Origin: Podarcis bocagei
Taxonomy: Eukaryota
Strand: one strand, 5' to 3'
NCBI GenBank assembly: GCA_964188305.1
Contig: OZ076897.1
DNA length: 64,000 nucleotides
The notes under the pieces are model-generated. The model saw only the letters and a program-made list of their open reading frames with translations, was not told where the DNA came from and searched no databases. This document shows, one piece after another, positions 1 to 13,554 of the stretch (positions within the stretch are counted from its first letter, which is position 1; each line of letters opens with the position of its first letter). A program made the translations under genes and the position numbers.

Positions 1-3000
1 CTATATGGTAGGAACTGACTTTGATCTTTCAGTTAAAAAGAAAGGATGCTAAAGTGAAGTGTTGGGCCTGGTAAGATTTAAAATGTACTTTACACAGGAT
101 AATATGAGGTAATTTATACATCAGTTTTGTCCACTCTGTGCTTTGCTTCGTAAACATAACATTTCTAACCACCGGTTTTTTTTCTATGTCCTCCCCCTAA
201 TTCTTTAAATACACTGTTTTCCTTCATGCAAACACAAAAGAGATACAGTACTTGTTAGAAGGGAGACTGAGCCAGAGATATTTTTATTTTCCTTTCTGAT
301 GTCCTTCTCTGTTCTTCTGCTACTTTCTTCTGGCAGAGTAAAAAATAAAGCTGACCGTGATGTGTGGGTTGAGGGCATCAGAGGTCATTACCCTTCAGAC
401 TTTCACTTTGATGGCAAGGTATCAAAACAAAAATACTGCTTCAAGACGCATGGCAGATTTTGCTTCTTGAAATCATTATTAGCAAAACACAGTGTTCTCT
501 CTCTGTGTGTGTTTGTACATGCTGCATTTTATGCACGGGGTACTAAGAGACAGATCCTGCAGCTGAGAAGCATGTTTTCTTGTTGATGCTGTGGTGAGGA
601 GGCTGGATCTTAATTACAAACACTCCCTTTGGTACATCCAGTCAGTGATCATTAGCAATGGCATAATGGGAAATTAAGAGACACAGAGTAACTTGAATTA
701 TATTTTTTGGTGGCCCCATCGGTTCAAAAATAATAGTAAATAGTGAGGTTTGAAAGCAACAGATCCTTCATGGGTGACTGGGAACAATAAAATATTTTGT
801 TACTTAAAATGCTTAACTGGCTGGGTTGTCTCTGCTCAGGACAAAGGAGGGGGAAACAGACAGTCCCTGCAGAGCAAGATAATTTGTTTGGCCTTGTCTA
901 GAAAAGTGTTAGGGAAGGAGTGCTCAGGTTTCTTTAAAGAAATGAAAATATAACTTTTCAGTAGGCACTAATCTCATTAACAATTGCTAAGGTGAGCTGC
1001 ACCTCTGCTGAACATTCATAGCACCTTTATTTCAAACTTCCGGTATCTTTATTTATTATTTTTATTTGCACATATAACCTGCCCTTCATCAAATGATCCC
1101 AGGGTAGGTTACAAAAATGGTACAATTAAAATGAGTACATTTTATTTTAAAATCATACGATAACAGCACAGAACAGAATTTGAAAGCACCACAGAACAGC
1201 AATGCAGAAGGAGGAAAGAGAACCATTTGACCAAAGGCCTGGATAAACAGGTATCTAATGAATATGGTCTTTTCAGAGGCGACAGTAATATTGCCATGGT
1301 TTAATTACCGTAACTAAAAAGAGCACTATTGTTACGATTCTCAACCAACTAAACCTCTCCCTGATTTCCATCATGAACTGATGATGCTGTACCCGCAGTT
1401 GATAATACATTGTGTTTTGAAGAGGAGAAATAATAAGAAGTGCAGTTTCCAGTATATTATACAACTCCATTAGCTGATCACTCTGAGGCTTATAAAGCAT
1501 TCTTTTACAGTACAGTCCCGTGCATGCTTACTCAGAACCAAGTCCCATTGAGTAAAATAGGGCTTACTCCCCAGTAGGGCTTTTTTGGGTGACAGTATTC
1601 ACCAGTATGGAATATCTTCACTGCTTTTTTGGCTGCTCATGGCAGCCATTTTGTGCTGGCAACCACGGCACTTTTATCAATATATGAGTACTGGCACTTC
1701 TTTCTCTTAATCAGGAAAGCACTGCTGCCTAGTTAATTATGGCTTTAAGGTTTTGGTGGAAATAATTACTATTAACAGCATCCCAGCTAGAATCTGTTGA
1801 CAGAAGACCTTAACTTGCCAACAAAAGGTAGCAAGTGAAAAAATAGTAGCAGAATATCACTTGACAAGCAAAATGGCAGCTACTATTTATTTACCAGTTG
1901 CTGATTTAAAATCATCACGTTTTAGATTAAAAAGGAAGTGAATGTGTATGAGGCAGTTTTGATTATTACTGGGGAAGATGTGCCAAGGGTTACAGAAATA
2001 TGAGATAAACATATTTGAGATAAATATGTAACAGGTAAAATAGTCCTAATTTTTACCGTTGTCTGTGTATGTACTCTCTCTAGCAATCCATTTTCCCTCT
2101 TCCAACAAATTAAAGTTCCAATAAAGCAAACACAAATATGCTTTACTACCAGGGGTGTAGCTTACTACAGTAATAAAGGTGAGCCTAAATGAATACCTTT
2201 GCAAGGCTAGCGCTGCTGTACCTTGTCCTATTTGGGTGTGCCTTTTTATAAGAGATCACAAGAGAGAGAAAATGATAGACTGGGAGGCTACTTTGGAAGA
2301 AGTACCATTTGTGGCAGACTTCTACAGCAGAAGGTTCCAGCCACAGTGCAGACATTCTGATGCATGATGTTAACAAATGACAGCGAGGACCCAAAAACTC
2401 AGGAACCAAAGCTCCACGAGCCTAACAGGGTGTTGGAGCTACTGTTTTTTTCCCTCCAACACCACCTCCTGATGTGACATGGAAATTTCATCTTAGGGTG
2501 CTTGTGGCAAGCATCTGCCCAAAGAATAAAATTATAGAAATTATAGAAGACCTTGGTGTGAAAACCAAGCGGTTCTTTGGATCCCAGCCCATATGAATAT
2601 ATATGAGGCCTCTCTCCCCATCACTTCACTTTATGAATGTGCATGATTTGCTATTAAAAGGACAGCATGTGTTAACTGATAAATCAGTGTTGCTGAGAGT
2701 TAAGAGCACACATTTGTATGGAGGGGTGTTACAGGCTATTTTGGTAGTTGTGGGAAACAATAGGAAATGAAAAAGATGCTCTGCCCTTGCAGCAAAGAGT
2801 AGTAACACTAGCTTTGTGTATTCAATTGTAAGTAACGCTTATTTCACCATCTCAAAAAGCACCTATGATGACATTTTGGTAATACATACAGGTTAGATAT
2901 GATTAATTTTTTAATTGTGAATAATTGATTAAAAGAGAGTCGCTCAATCTTTGCAATTCTGCTGCTTTAGACCCTGGAATCCTGCTTTTGCTCCTTCCTC

Positions 3001-5339
3001 TGTTTAGGAACAAAAAAAGCCTATGGTTCTTTGCGTTCTGAAACACAATTGTGAATAGTTAGAAGTTTTCTCCAGTTAACTTTCAGGTCCTTTTTCAGGC
3101 CATTAATCAGTTGCCTAATGATTTTTGATGTACCTTTCCATTTCCTTCATCATTAAAAAAAAACAACCATAACTGAGAAGAGAGTGCCTAATGAAAGCCA
3201 ATTTTGAATAATTAACAATTATTGAATAATTAAGAACTCACCCTCTATCCAAGCACTCAGGTGATGTACACCAGTCATTAAAACAACAAATCTAACTACT
3301 GATCAGTTGTAGAAAAACAATAAATAATCTTAAAACACAAGCAGTGTTCATTACAAATTAAGCTGTGAAATTAACAATTATTAAAAGCATGGGCAAATAA
3401 CCGGGTTTTAACATGGCACCAAACTGAAAATAAAATTGGTGCCAATCTTATTTATGTTTTGAGTATTACTGCCATTCAATTTTTATGCAAAACTATTCAT
3501 TGGCATGAATAGCTTACACACACAGCCTGAAATTATACAAATGATATATATGTTGTTCCAGCACCATCAGTGTGCATGACATTCTAAACACAACAATTTC
3601 AGTGCATGTAACACTATATTTTTTTAAAAGGGGGGGATTTACATCTTGTTGTGGGGTGCATCCTAGTATGTAAAGGTAAAATCCATTGTCACTTCAAACA
3701 AATTGGAGGCTTCTCACGAAGTCAGGGGAAATGTCATTTCCATCCAAAAACCCAACCCTATGTATATTTACTTAGAAGTTCCAGTATATTCAATGGAACT
3801 TAATCCCAAAGGCACAGAGCTGCAGTCTTTTGTACACGAGTAATATTAATATGCTACTGCCATTTGTTTTTACATGTTACTGATGTGAATATAGGGGGGG
3901 GGAATCATATTCACATATGCATAGATGATAAATATGTGCTATGCAACTCCAGTTTGATTTTAAAGATAGATCTTCCAAAAGGCTTTTATCCCAATATTCC
4001 TCAGTAGGCTACTAGTGAATGAGTTCAGTTATCTGTAACAAGGAAAGTGACATGTCCGGAAGTAGCCAAGTGACTTGTAATAAATGTAGAAATCATAAAT
4101 CGCTCACAAAATCCAATTGTAACTTCGCAGAATAAATTTGGCTGGTGTTCAGGCTGTTAATACAATCCATCACCCAATGAGTCAAACTCCAACAAGGAAA
4201 AAGAGAGCAAATGTTTTCATTGTGAAGTTAGGTCATGACTTCTTCTTTAACCCATCTATTTTTAATAATATTAATATTATGTTTTCTTAGCAATTTCCCC
4301 ATAGCGTCAAGAACAATAAAATGGGGGAGAAGGGACTGTCAACTTAAATGTTTCCCAGAATTTGTCACTTTCTTATGCTGAGTTGGACTTTATGGCTGGA
4401 TCTTATTGTTGAACTAGTGCTGAGGCCTTTCTTTTTTTTACCAAATTCTCTTTAACTTTGTTTATTCTGCTGTTGCCTAGAGAATATCTTGGTTAGGTAA
4501 CTCATAAATTATATAATAAATAAATAATAAAATCTTATGAAACTTCCCCTTTCCCCTTCCTACTTTAGCAGTAGGCCATCTACAAAAATGCCCTGACCTT
4601 TAATTTTAAGAATCTACTCTGCAGAAACTCATGAAACTGCAGTCAGTGTCTTATAAAACACAAAAAATGGCATTTTATATCATAAAAATATTAAGAGCAA
4701 CATTTTTAACAGTTACCACTAAAATGCTTTTGCAAATTATATAAATGTATCAGCATAGCTGTAGATGAATAAAGAATACTATTTTTTAAAAAGCAACAAC
4801 ACTGTGTTGTTTTAAAGCTAGAATGCAATGGGGAAATGAAGATTACATTACATAATAAACGATAAAGTTGTCATTATTGCCTTTGCAGCTTCTATGCAAT
4901 TCCTTAAGAAGTTTTTGTGGTTCTGAATATCCAAAACCCATTTGCCTATAGCTTAAGGAAAACAGCATCCCATGTCTTGCCCTGCATCCCATGTCGACAA
5001 AGCATACGGAAAGGAGAGAGAGAAAGAAAGAGAGAAAGAAAGAAAGAAAGAAAGAAAGAGAGGTTTACGTCCAAAGCCACCTTTACAAATACAGTAACTA
5101 CCATGTGGGGCCAGTTTCCTTAGCCATGAAATAAAACCTGAAAACAGTTCGATGTGCGTTAGCAAAATATAACCGAGGTACCCCAACACCCCCAGCCAGA
5201 AATGAAAGGAGGAGGAGGCGGCGGCTGGCCCTTTCCTTTACTGTGCATGAAATACAAAGCGAGCACAAAATAAAATGAAAGGAAGGTGGTAGTGGTGGGT
5301 CAAGTACAAGAAAGGGAGTTTATACTCAGGGAATGCCTG

Positions 5340-5341
<2 letters not shown>

Positions 5342-5400
<59 letters not shown>
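5342..5400. repeat. (GA)n microsatellite immediately upstream of COMMD3
   Basis: About 29 uninterrupted GA units. Confidence 0.97.
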
Positions 5401-5403
<3 letters not shown>

Positions 5404-6750
5404 GTGGACGTTGAGCTCGCAGCCACCAGAGCAACAACGGCGAGGCGGCGGCTGCAGCGCCGCCTCCTTCCTCGCAGGCTCGGGGCTGAAATCCACAGCC
5501 GCCACCGCTGCAGCTCCAGCTCCCCTCTTGCCGCGGGATCAGCTGAGCGCGGGGATCACGTGGGCGGCGTGTCGAAGGTCACCGCGCGGCTCACAATGGA
5601 GCTGTCGGAGTCTGTGCAGGGCGGGCTGCAGCTCCTGGCCGAGCGCGGCTGCTTCTCCCCCCGAGCCTACGAGGCTCTGCTGCAGGCCGCCTTCGGTGCC
5701 TTGCTCGGCGGCCAGGCCGGCCAGGCCGCGCTAGGTAAGTGCTGCTCCGGGAGGAGCTGGAGCTCAGGCGCCGGGGCGGGGGGGAACTGCAGGGCGGCTG
5801 CTGTTGCTGCTGCCGCCTGGGGAACCGGAGAGGGAGAGAGAAGCAGGCAGGGCAGCCGGGGGAGGTGGCTCTTCCCCCGCTTCGCTCGGCTTCTCTCCCC
5901 GCAGCCCCGGCGTATTGTCAGGGCTGCTTGCTGCCCGCAGCTCCAGCACCAGCCTCGGCCGCTTCCCCTGAAACTCAGGAAGTGCTTTCTGCCTCGCCGA
6001 GAAAGGCAGCCGCCCACGTCCTGCAGCCAGTCTCGCTCTTTGTTTCTGTCTGTTATTGTTGCTGCTCTCCTCCATTTCCCGGCGGCTGTCATTTCCTTGC
6101 AGAAAATCAGCAGCGCTCCTCTCGCTCGCTCCTGGCCTAAAAGCCTCTTTGGCGAGGCAGCTTTGTTCTGGGTGTCGGTTCCCCTCCTCCGTCGCGTTGG
6201 TGTCGGTTTATTTTCACTTCCCTTTCCCCCCCCCCGCCCCGGCGAGTTATTTACTGCAGTCCCTGGGATTAGCGGCGTCATTATTATTATTGTTATTTGC
6301 AAAGGTCAGGCTTCTAAACGGGTTGATTTATTTTAGGAAGGCTCCGTGCTGCAACCTCACGATCAAGGCTCTCTGGGCTGTGCATGGATAGTGCTTTCTT
6401 TTCACGTCATTGTTCCTTAATGCCGCTCTGAAACTGCATTCCATTATTATGATGATCATTATGAGGATTATTATTATTATTTTCCCGGCCTGTTTCCGTG
6501 CGGGAAACCCTGGATCGGTGACCGGCAGTTGCCTGCTGGCCAAGGGGGATCTGGTTGTTGACGTTGGGCCGGCCGCTTTCGCTTAGCCGATGAAGGAAGG
6601 CGTTTGTTTGAGCCGCTCTGCTCGCTGCCATGTAGTCGCTCGCCTTCAAAACGCGCGGCCTCCGGTAGGAACTAGCTTGAACTGCAATTGCCGAATAGCT
6701 GCTCTGTTTACTCAGACGGGGCTCGGCGAGGAGGAGAAGGAGAAGGAAAA
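5400..6750. promoter_or_regulatory. COMMD3 CpG-island promoter with E-box (TCACGTG at 5556-5562)
   Basis: Dense CpG and high GC around exon 1; CACGTG about 35 nt upstream of the ATG. Confidence 0.8.
5596..5734 (+). CDS. COMMD3: COMMD3 exon 1
   Basis: ctcacaATGG start; MELSESVQGGLQLLAERGCFSPRAYEALLQAAFGALLGGQAGQAAL; donor TAG|gtaagt. Confidence 0.96.
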
Positions 6751-7509
6751 GTTAGAAATGTTGTGGCCAGAAGGGTTTGTAGTTACGGTACATCTGAAGG
6801 GAGCGCGGTATTCGGAGTAGGATAGTTAGAAAGGCATATGGTTTGGTTGTGTGTATGTTTTGTTTTAAACTGACCTTGATTTAGAACTCAACCCTATGAA
6901 ATGTTTTCTCCATCTCTTCCACGGGTGCATTTGGCAGTTTATAGGGGGGCAGGTGCTCCCCCTCATTGTATGAATGCAACATCCAAAAGCATGGCGATTT
7001 TTTATTTGTAGAAATAAATTCTGCAATTTACATTTGTTTTATAACTCGATGCTTGCCAAGAAATTCCAGTAATGGATTGCATATTGAAACAAAAACAAAA
7101 AACGCTGGGAAGGAGGAAAACCAGGACACCGTGTTTAGAAAATGCACTAAATCCGTTTGTTTCTTCTGGATAACGTGCCAAATTCTGAGCCTGATGGGAT
7201 AATTCCAGAGAAACTTATGCTGGAAACAACTTAGACCAGGTTTGGGTCTTGGGAGAAGGCATTTTAAAGGAGAGCTGAGATTGCCTCTTCATTTGTTGTG
7301 GCTCCTTATGAATGAGAGAACCCTTATGAATGAGTCAATATCTTTATAGCTGTGCTTTAAGTATTGCCAATATGAAATGCATTATACTTTCCCAACTGTT
7401 AAAACTGGGCTATGCTAAGTATGGCTGCATGGAAAGTTTTTAGTCTCTCTCTGTTTGAAAGAACATTCCCCTGAAGTTATACCATCTTTGAAATTTCATT
7501 TATTTTTAG

Positions 7510-7621
7510 ATCATCCAGACTTGGAACATATCGATCCAGCCGTATTAAAATATTGTCATGCAGCAGCTGCAACTTGTATAGTAGAAGCTGGAAAGCAAAA
7601 AGCTGACAAATCTGCCATAAG
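7510..7621 (+). CDS. COMMD3: COMMD3 exon 2
   Basis: tttttag|AT; DHPDLEHIDPAVLKYCHAAAATCIVEAGKQKADKSAI; AAG|gtactc. Confidence 0.96.
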
Positions 7622-7756
7622 GTACTCCCATTTTAAAGCCCTTCACAGTGTTTGAGGTGTTTTAGTTTGTTTTTTAACACCAGCCATTGCTGTAAATCTT
7701 CCTGCTTGAGTTGTACTGACATTTAGGCTAACACATCCTTTTGGTTTCCCTTTTAG

Positions 7757-7820
7757 TACTTGTTTAGAAGACTGTAAGTTTGACAAAGAAAGAATTGAAC
7801 AATTTTGCACCGAATACCAG
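7757..7820 (+). CDS. COMMD3: COMMD3 exon 3
   Basis: ccttttag|T; STCLEDCKFDKERIEQFCTEYQ; CAG|gttttc. Confidence 0.95.
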
Positions 7821-7911
7821 GTTTTCAAGCCTATTTTATTATTATTTTATTCCCATATTCATATTTTATTTGTTCTGTAGAAGATGGCAAACTTTTTTCT
7901 CTTCTTTGCAG

Positions 7912-7946
7912 AAAAATAAAGATACCTTGGAAATCCTATTGGGAAG
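7912..7946 (+). CDS. COMMD3: COMMD3 exon 4
   Basis: ctttgcag|; KNKDTLEILLG; AAG|gtatgt. Confidence 0.95.
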
Positions 7947-8284
7947 GTATGTCAAAGGAAGTTGTTTTATTACTTTAAGGTTACAAACTGAAACAAACTT
8001 ACTAGGGAGTAAGCCCCATTGAATACATCAGAACTATATGGCTAGAGTTTTGCTATTAATTTCAAATGCACCTTTAAAGTTAATATAGGAGGCTGCTGAA
8101 ATGGATACAGTGGCGAAAACATAGGCACAAGTTATCAAGTTGAGATAATTTGCACCCTTAACCCACTTTTGAAATACACTATTGATCTATGGAACAGTCA
8201 CCTTTTTATGCCTGAAATGTGTGCAACAGCTTTTTCATTTAGCATAATATAACCTAATAAGAAAATGATGATTGTGTTCTTCAG

Positions 8285-8345
8285 TATAGGCAGATGTCCG
8301 CTGCATATAACTGATGTTTGTTGGCGTTTGGAATATCAGATCAAG
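8285..8345 (+). CDS. COMMD3: COMMD3 exon 5
   Basis: cttcag|T; SIGRCPLHITDVCWRLEYQIK (start of the COMM domain); AAG|gtaatt. Confidence 0.96.
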
Positions 8346-8431
8346 GTAATTTAATAAGGGTACTGCTTTATTCTGGTTTCTTTATCTGCTAAATTCTGAT
8401 ACATTTTTTTCCTCTTCCCTTATTACTTTAG

Positions 8432-8488
8432 ACAAATCAACTTCATAAAAATTATCGCCCTGCTTATCTGATGACCTTAAATGTTGAG
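8432..8488 (+). CDS. COMMD3: COMMD3 exon 6
   Basis: ctttag|; TNQLHKNYRPAYLMTLNVE; GAG|gtactg. Confidence 0.95.
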
Positions 8489-8594
8489 GTACTGCACCCA
8501 TTCTTATGCTTTTCCTCACCATCACTGAATTAAATATTACTTCAGGTTTTGCCAGATGTTAAACTTCTAACATTTGGGATTTTTGTTCCTTTAG

Positions 8595-8654
8595 AACAGT
8601 GACTCAAGATCTCAACCGGACATTAATTTTAGTTGTTCTATGGAGCAATTACAG
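8595..8654 (+). CDS. COMMD3: COMMD3 exon 7
   Basis: cctttag|; NSDSRSQPDINFSCSMEQLQ; CAG|gtattt. Confidence 0.95.
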
Positions 8655-9633
8655 GTATTTCTTCATATGTTTGTGCGGGTGTGACCATTTCAGGTGTCAG
8701 AATGAAATTTTCTATCAGGAATCCACCCAAACTAAAGTTTGCAAAAAAGTGTGTTGATTAAATATGTTACTGTATAATGGTTTGATTATGTACCTCACCA
8801 AATTGAGATTTCAGATTAACCCACATAGTAGCTATGATCTTGGAATCACATTTTAAGGGGGTTGGAGGGAACTGTTTCAATTGTAATACCTGAGAGGAAA
8901 TTCACTTTCTGTAACTATATACTGTACATTAATATAAAGAGTGCAACTTGCATTGACTTTGGCTAAATTGGGTTTGTGTAAATTGTTCAAGGATGGTAAA
9001 CTGAGCTCTTTATACAAAGAAGTTCACATTGACTACAGCAAGCAATAAACAAAACCTAACCCAAGCATTAAAAAGTGTAAAATTAGGTAAAGATTGAGAA
9101 GTTGAGCAAAAGAAAAGGGTTACAGGTTAATCCTGGGAATTATTTTAAAATAAAAATTAGTTTTACATTCCATATTAAATTGAAATTTTAATCCATTGCA
9201 AATAAGTAAATATATTTAGGACTGCAACTTGAAAAGTTGATGAATTAATTTAATTGTTATATTAAACAGCAAGAAAGATAGCAAAGTTGTCTCTGTCTTT
9301 TGATACTTTTTATTTAATTTATTACAGTCATTTATATTCTGCTCTATATTAATTCAAGCACTTTCATTTTAAAAATTCTGTTATTAACACATCATTTCTG
9401 TTAAGAATGTTCAGTATCTACCCTTAACTAAAATATGACAGAAAGGCTGAATGTTTCTTAAAGATATAAAATAGCTGACCTGTAGGCATTCTTCTCAAAG
9501 TGTTAGACACCAAGTTTTCCAGATGTAAACTTGATCACCTTTGAAGACAACATTCACAGAACTAATATGTTCAAGTAACCCCACTATGTACAACAAATTA
9601 CTTCTTTTCTAAAGTTCTTACTTCATGTTTTAG

Positions 9634-9693
9634 GATTTAGTTGGGAAACTAAAAGATGCAGCTAAAAGCCTAGAGAGAACAACTCAGCTGTAA
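9634..9693 (+). CDS. COMMD3: COMMD3 exon 8 (terminal)
   Basis: gttttag|; DLVGKLKDAAKSLERTTQL then TAA. Confidence 0.96.
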   Translation, partial: DLVGKLKDAAKSLERTTQL

Positions 9694-10052
9694 CTGCAGA
9701 CCTTGGCAGACTATTGGATCCAAGAAGAAAAAGAAATTGTTTCCTAACAGTTTCATCTTTGAACATTAATACGATTACTCCTTGTTCTTACTTCATTTGA
9801 TGGGATTTTGATAAAGCATTGGCTGTACTGAAATGGAATACCTACTTTCTAGCCAATGTTTCATGTTTTGTATGTATGTACAGTCAAGACTGTAGCATTT
9901 TTAGTATCATGTCTAATGGGAAAATGTTTATTTGTTAGATAACCAGATAATTGTCTTCTTCTTTTTTTCCTGTCCCCTTGTTAAATATCTGCTCCCTGCT
10001 CAGTCTTGTCCTGTCTTTAAAAACAAGGCTTTATTTCCCATTTCTAACCTCT

Positions 10053-10058
10053 AATAAA
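10053..10058 (+). terminator. Probable COMMD3 polyadenylation signal (AATAAA)
   Basis: First AATAAA after the stop codon, about 360 nt downstream, followed by GT-rich sequence. A second AATAAA cluster lies near 10331. Confidence 0.55.
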
Positions 10059-11159
10059 AACAGAGAGCAAAAGCAATAGAGAGATGATCTATTCTGTGTG
10101 CCACATCTATCAATAATAATGTGTGTTGATTGGGGGACTGGCGGAATGGTTGGGTTCTCCTGGGGGTCCCCACTATGGAGTCAACATTCCAAGAGTAACC
10201 TTCTCACCAGCAAAGATCACTTTGAAGGGCTGTGAGGCTCTGAACCTAAGGAGGCCTTCATTGTGTTGTAATTAAGTAGTCAGTCGTCTTGAGTCTCATT
10301 TTGGTGAAGTCACGTTGCAGCTTTTTGAAAAATAAATAAATAAATTGGCGATTCACACGCGAAACGAAACTGTCATGCCTTCATCTGTTTTGACCCGGAT
10401 TTACTTGCTTAAATATTCAGTAGTTTATGTAGATAGACAATAACTGGAGTGCCCTTAATTGCACCAGTGGGTTTCTTTTCACTTCAATGCAGTTGAATGG
10501 CTATAGATGGAATGTGACCAGCATTGTCTCCACAACTTAAAACAAACAAAAAACAACTCCACCCTCGCCCCCATCTTACAACGTGGGCAGAAGCTGCTTT
10601 CCCAGTTGGTAATTATACACCCCCGGCTGGGAAATGGGTAGCGAGACAGCTCTGGTTTACAGCAAGATCCATGATCCGAATTCCCGTTTTTCCTTTCATC
10701 TTCCTTGGGCTCTTTATACCATCGTGGAAAGGGCAAGAGGAAACTGCCCACCTGAGAGGGAAAACACCCGTTTGCTACTCTTTGTTGGGGAGTGACAAAG
10801 AAATAGACCAGCGTTTTCTGTACCAAGCCCATAAGAACCTGGAGTGTTCAGTTTAGGATATCGAAATCTTCTGGAGCTAGACGTGGTGAGTTCACCTGAA
10901 AAGATCCCTCCCCATAAGTAGAACCATGTCCGCGTTCACGGTGGCAAAGGAACGGATGAAAGGCAGAGAAGCAAAGTGCCGAAGACGCTGCCATCACCTC
11001 CTGGCTTAGACTCTTCCACATTTCTTATTCGGGGGAGGGTCGCACGCGGAAGCGGGTCCTTTTATCAGCCTTCAGCCGGCTTGGAGAGAAGAGATTTTGG
11101 TAAACCAAACAAACATCCTCCCATCCCTTTTGGTTCACACCATTTATCGTTGAGATATT

Positions 11160-11191
<32 letters not shown>
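11160..11191. repeat. (GAT)n microsatellite
   Basis: About 10 tandem GAT units. Confidence 0.95.
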
Positions 11192-11192
<1 letters not shown>

Positions 11193-13519
11193 AGCGCGAG
11201 GTGGGGTGGAAGCGAGCTTGCGATGGGAGGCACCCCATCCGCGACTGAGTGAAGCCGGCGCCCCCCTTTTCCCAGCCTGTTTTGCACCCCGATCCTCAAC
11301 TTCCAAGCTCTGGGTTTGGCACTGGGAAGAGAATCCGCGGGTGGGTCGAGTTCCTCGGTGCTGCGGTTACGCCAGGGTCAGTCTCTCCATCCCTAGTGGA
11401 ATCTGAGAGCTATTTTTAATTATAATTTATTTATTAAAAAAATAAATGAATGAATGCCTCTATGCGGGTTACTATTCGCTTCCCATTATAATCACGGCGC
11501 GGAGGAGAATCCGATATGCTCTCTAACCTTCCATTTCCCTGCGTCCTGTCGAGAGGGAGACAGGGTTGGCAACATGGCATCAGAAATAACACACGCGAAC
11601 GGGTCAAATTGTGACGAGGAGGGCGCTGCCCCGTGTGTGTGTGTGTGTTGGACGTTTGTGTTCCCAATCGATGGCTGAGGAGGACCAGAGTGTGGATCTT
11701 TCCCAGACGTGGCAAGCAGCACAAGCCACGAACCCGGGTTAGGAACGTCCCTTCCGACGTCTCCCGGGTGTGCCGGTCTCCGCACGACCCCCGCCCTTCT
11801 CTCTTTGGGAAGTGGGGGGCGGGCGTGCTTTTCCCAGCTCCTTTTCGATGGTTGCGTTTCTTCTGAACGCTTGCCGAGAAAGGGACGGCGTCCAACAACG
11901 TCCAGCCTTAAAAGGATCGCCTGTGGAATGGAAGGATCCACACACGCCGCGACCGACCGACCGACCGACCTCGGGGCAAGGAGCGCCTTGCGCTGCGTTT
12001 TGTTCTCAAGCGACGTTCACTGTTGCGAAGAGCGCAATTGTTCCTTGCCCAGAAGACGCGGCTGAGGCGCGGTGTGCCTATTTTCGAGTTGGTTCCCTGG
12101 GGAGCCTCTTCTTCTCCTCCTCCCCCCCCCACCCGCCCACGCACCCACCCGCAGCGCCGGGCTGCCTGCCCCCGGGGCGCGCCATTAGGTGGGATTCTGC
12201 CGCCGCGATCTGTGGAAGGAAATCGTGCGAGCTGCGCGCGAGACAGCGAGGGAAGCGGGGAAAGTGCGGCGAGGAATGCCTGCGAGGCAGCGACAGGGTG
12301 GGGGAGGGGAGGCAAAATTGTGGTAGGGGAGGGGTGGGGGGGTGTTCGCGGAAGACATTTGTTGCCTCAATGCGATCATATTTATCGCCCGTGACGAAAC
12401 GTGAGGTGGCAGAGCTGGTGTGGAGAAGGGAACTGATACGACGAAGAAAGGCGGGAAACGAGACGGCGTGTTCAAGGCCAGGAAGACCGTTCGCCAGTCA
12501 AGGGGAAATGGGTGGTTTCGCGGGGCTGGGGAGTCAGGAACGCTCTTGTGTTTAAACACGTTAAAGAAAATAAGAGATGAAGGGACGGGGGGGGGGGAGA
12601 AAAACCTCGTGCATCTGAGGAATCTCAATTGGGGTTGTGGAGGGAGAAAAGCCCAGGACGAAGGATGAGGGCACTTTGGGTGGGCAAAAAAAAAGGCGCG
12701 AGGGATGGCGAAGTCAAAGCCGCGTGAGAGGGAACCGAAATAAAGGAAGGAAATCGGGATCGGGTCCTTAGAAGGAAAGGAAGAGAGAGAGAGACAGGCG
12801 TGGAGAAGGGGGCATGGGGTCAGTTTTCAAACATTTCTAGGGTGTATATAAATCGTGAGACGAGAATGGTAAAAGTGGAAGGCGAAAGGAGGCAAAGACT
12901 GGGGGCGCTGGATAGGAAATACCAGGCGGAGGAAACGGGGGTCGCGTGGGGAGGGTGGGGATGTGCAGGGCGGGAAGAGTGTTGGGACGCACTGAGGAGA
13001 AGCAGCTCGTCTACAGACGACGCGTGGATCGGTTGCCAAGGCGGGAAAATATAAGGAAACGAGGGGCGGAGGTGGAAGCGCAGAGACAGGTTAGTTCGCC
13101 TTGGCCGCACGTTGCACCTCCGACACCCACGACACCTGAAACGCCTTTGCTGCGCAAGTCTCCTGTCGCGTCGCCAAAGGTCTTGCCCACAGCAGCTTGG
13201 GAGCGGCAGGGGGCAATTTTGGGCGCGGGCACCCAAGGAAGGCTGTGGGGCAACGACGGCGGAGGAGCGCCGCGTCTCGTGCGCGCGGGAGGGAAGCCAC
13301 CAGACGAGACGCTTCGAGGACAAGGGGACCTTGCTTTGGGTGCCACCTCCAGATATTAAAATGGTGGGCTGCGGAGTTGGGGCCACCGTCGTGTGAGGAG
13401 GGAGATGTGGCAGCAGGCGCAAAGAGCGGAGTAGACAGGTTTAGATGAGGGGAATGGACTAAGCCAAAAGGTGGCAAGCTTCAGTTTATTGTGCCCTGGG
13501 GCGGGGGGCGGGGTGGGAG

Positions 13520-13554
<35 letters not shown>

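Larger units (their letters stand above)
5596..9693 (+). other. COMMD3: COMMD3 gene, CDS span (8 exons, 588 nt, 195 aa; Commander/CCC complex subunit)
   Basis: Exons of 139+112+64+35+61+57+60+60 nt join in frame via GT-AG introns: MELSESVQGGLQLLA...WRLEYQIK...DLVGKLKDAAKSLERTTQL*. This is recognisably COMMD3 with a C-terminal COMM domain, and it lies upstream of BMI1 as in other vertebrates. Confidence 0.97.

Noticed and set aside
5404-6336. 310 aa ORF overlapping COMMD3 exon 1, and neighbouring ORFs
   Set aside because: Only 5596-5734 is coding. The rest is GC-rich UTR and intron read-through from a GTG start, and a strong donor at 5735 ends the exon.
7881-7911. Alternative acceptor tgtag| 31 nt upstream of COMMD3 exon 4
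   Set aside because: It would leave a 60 nt intron and frameshift; the canonical site has the better pyrimidine tract.
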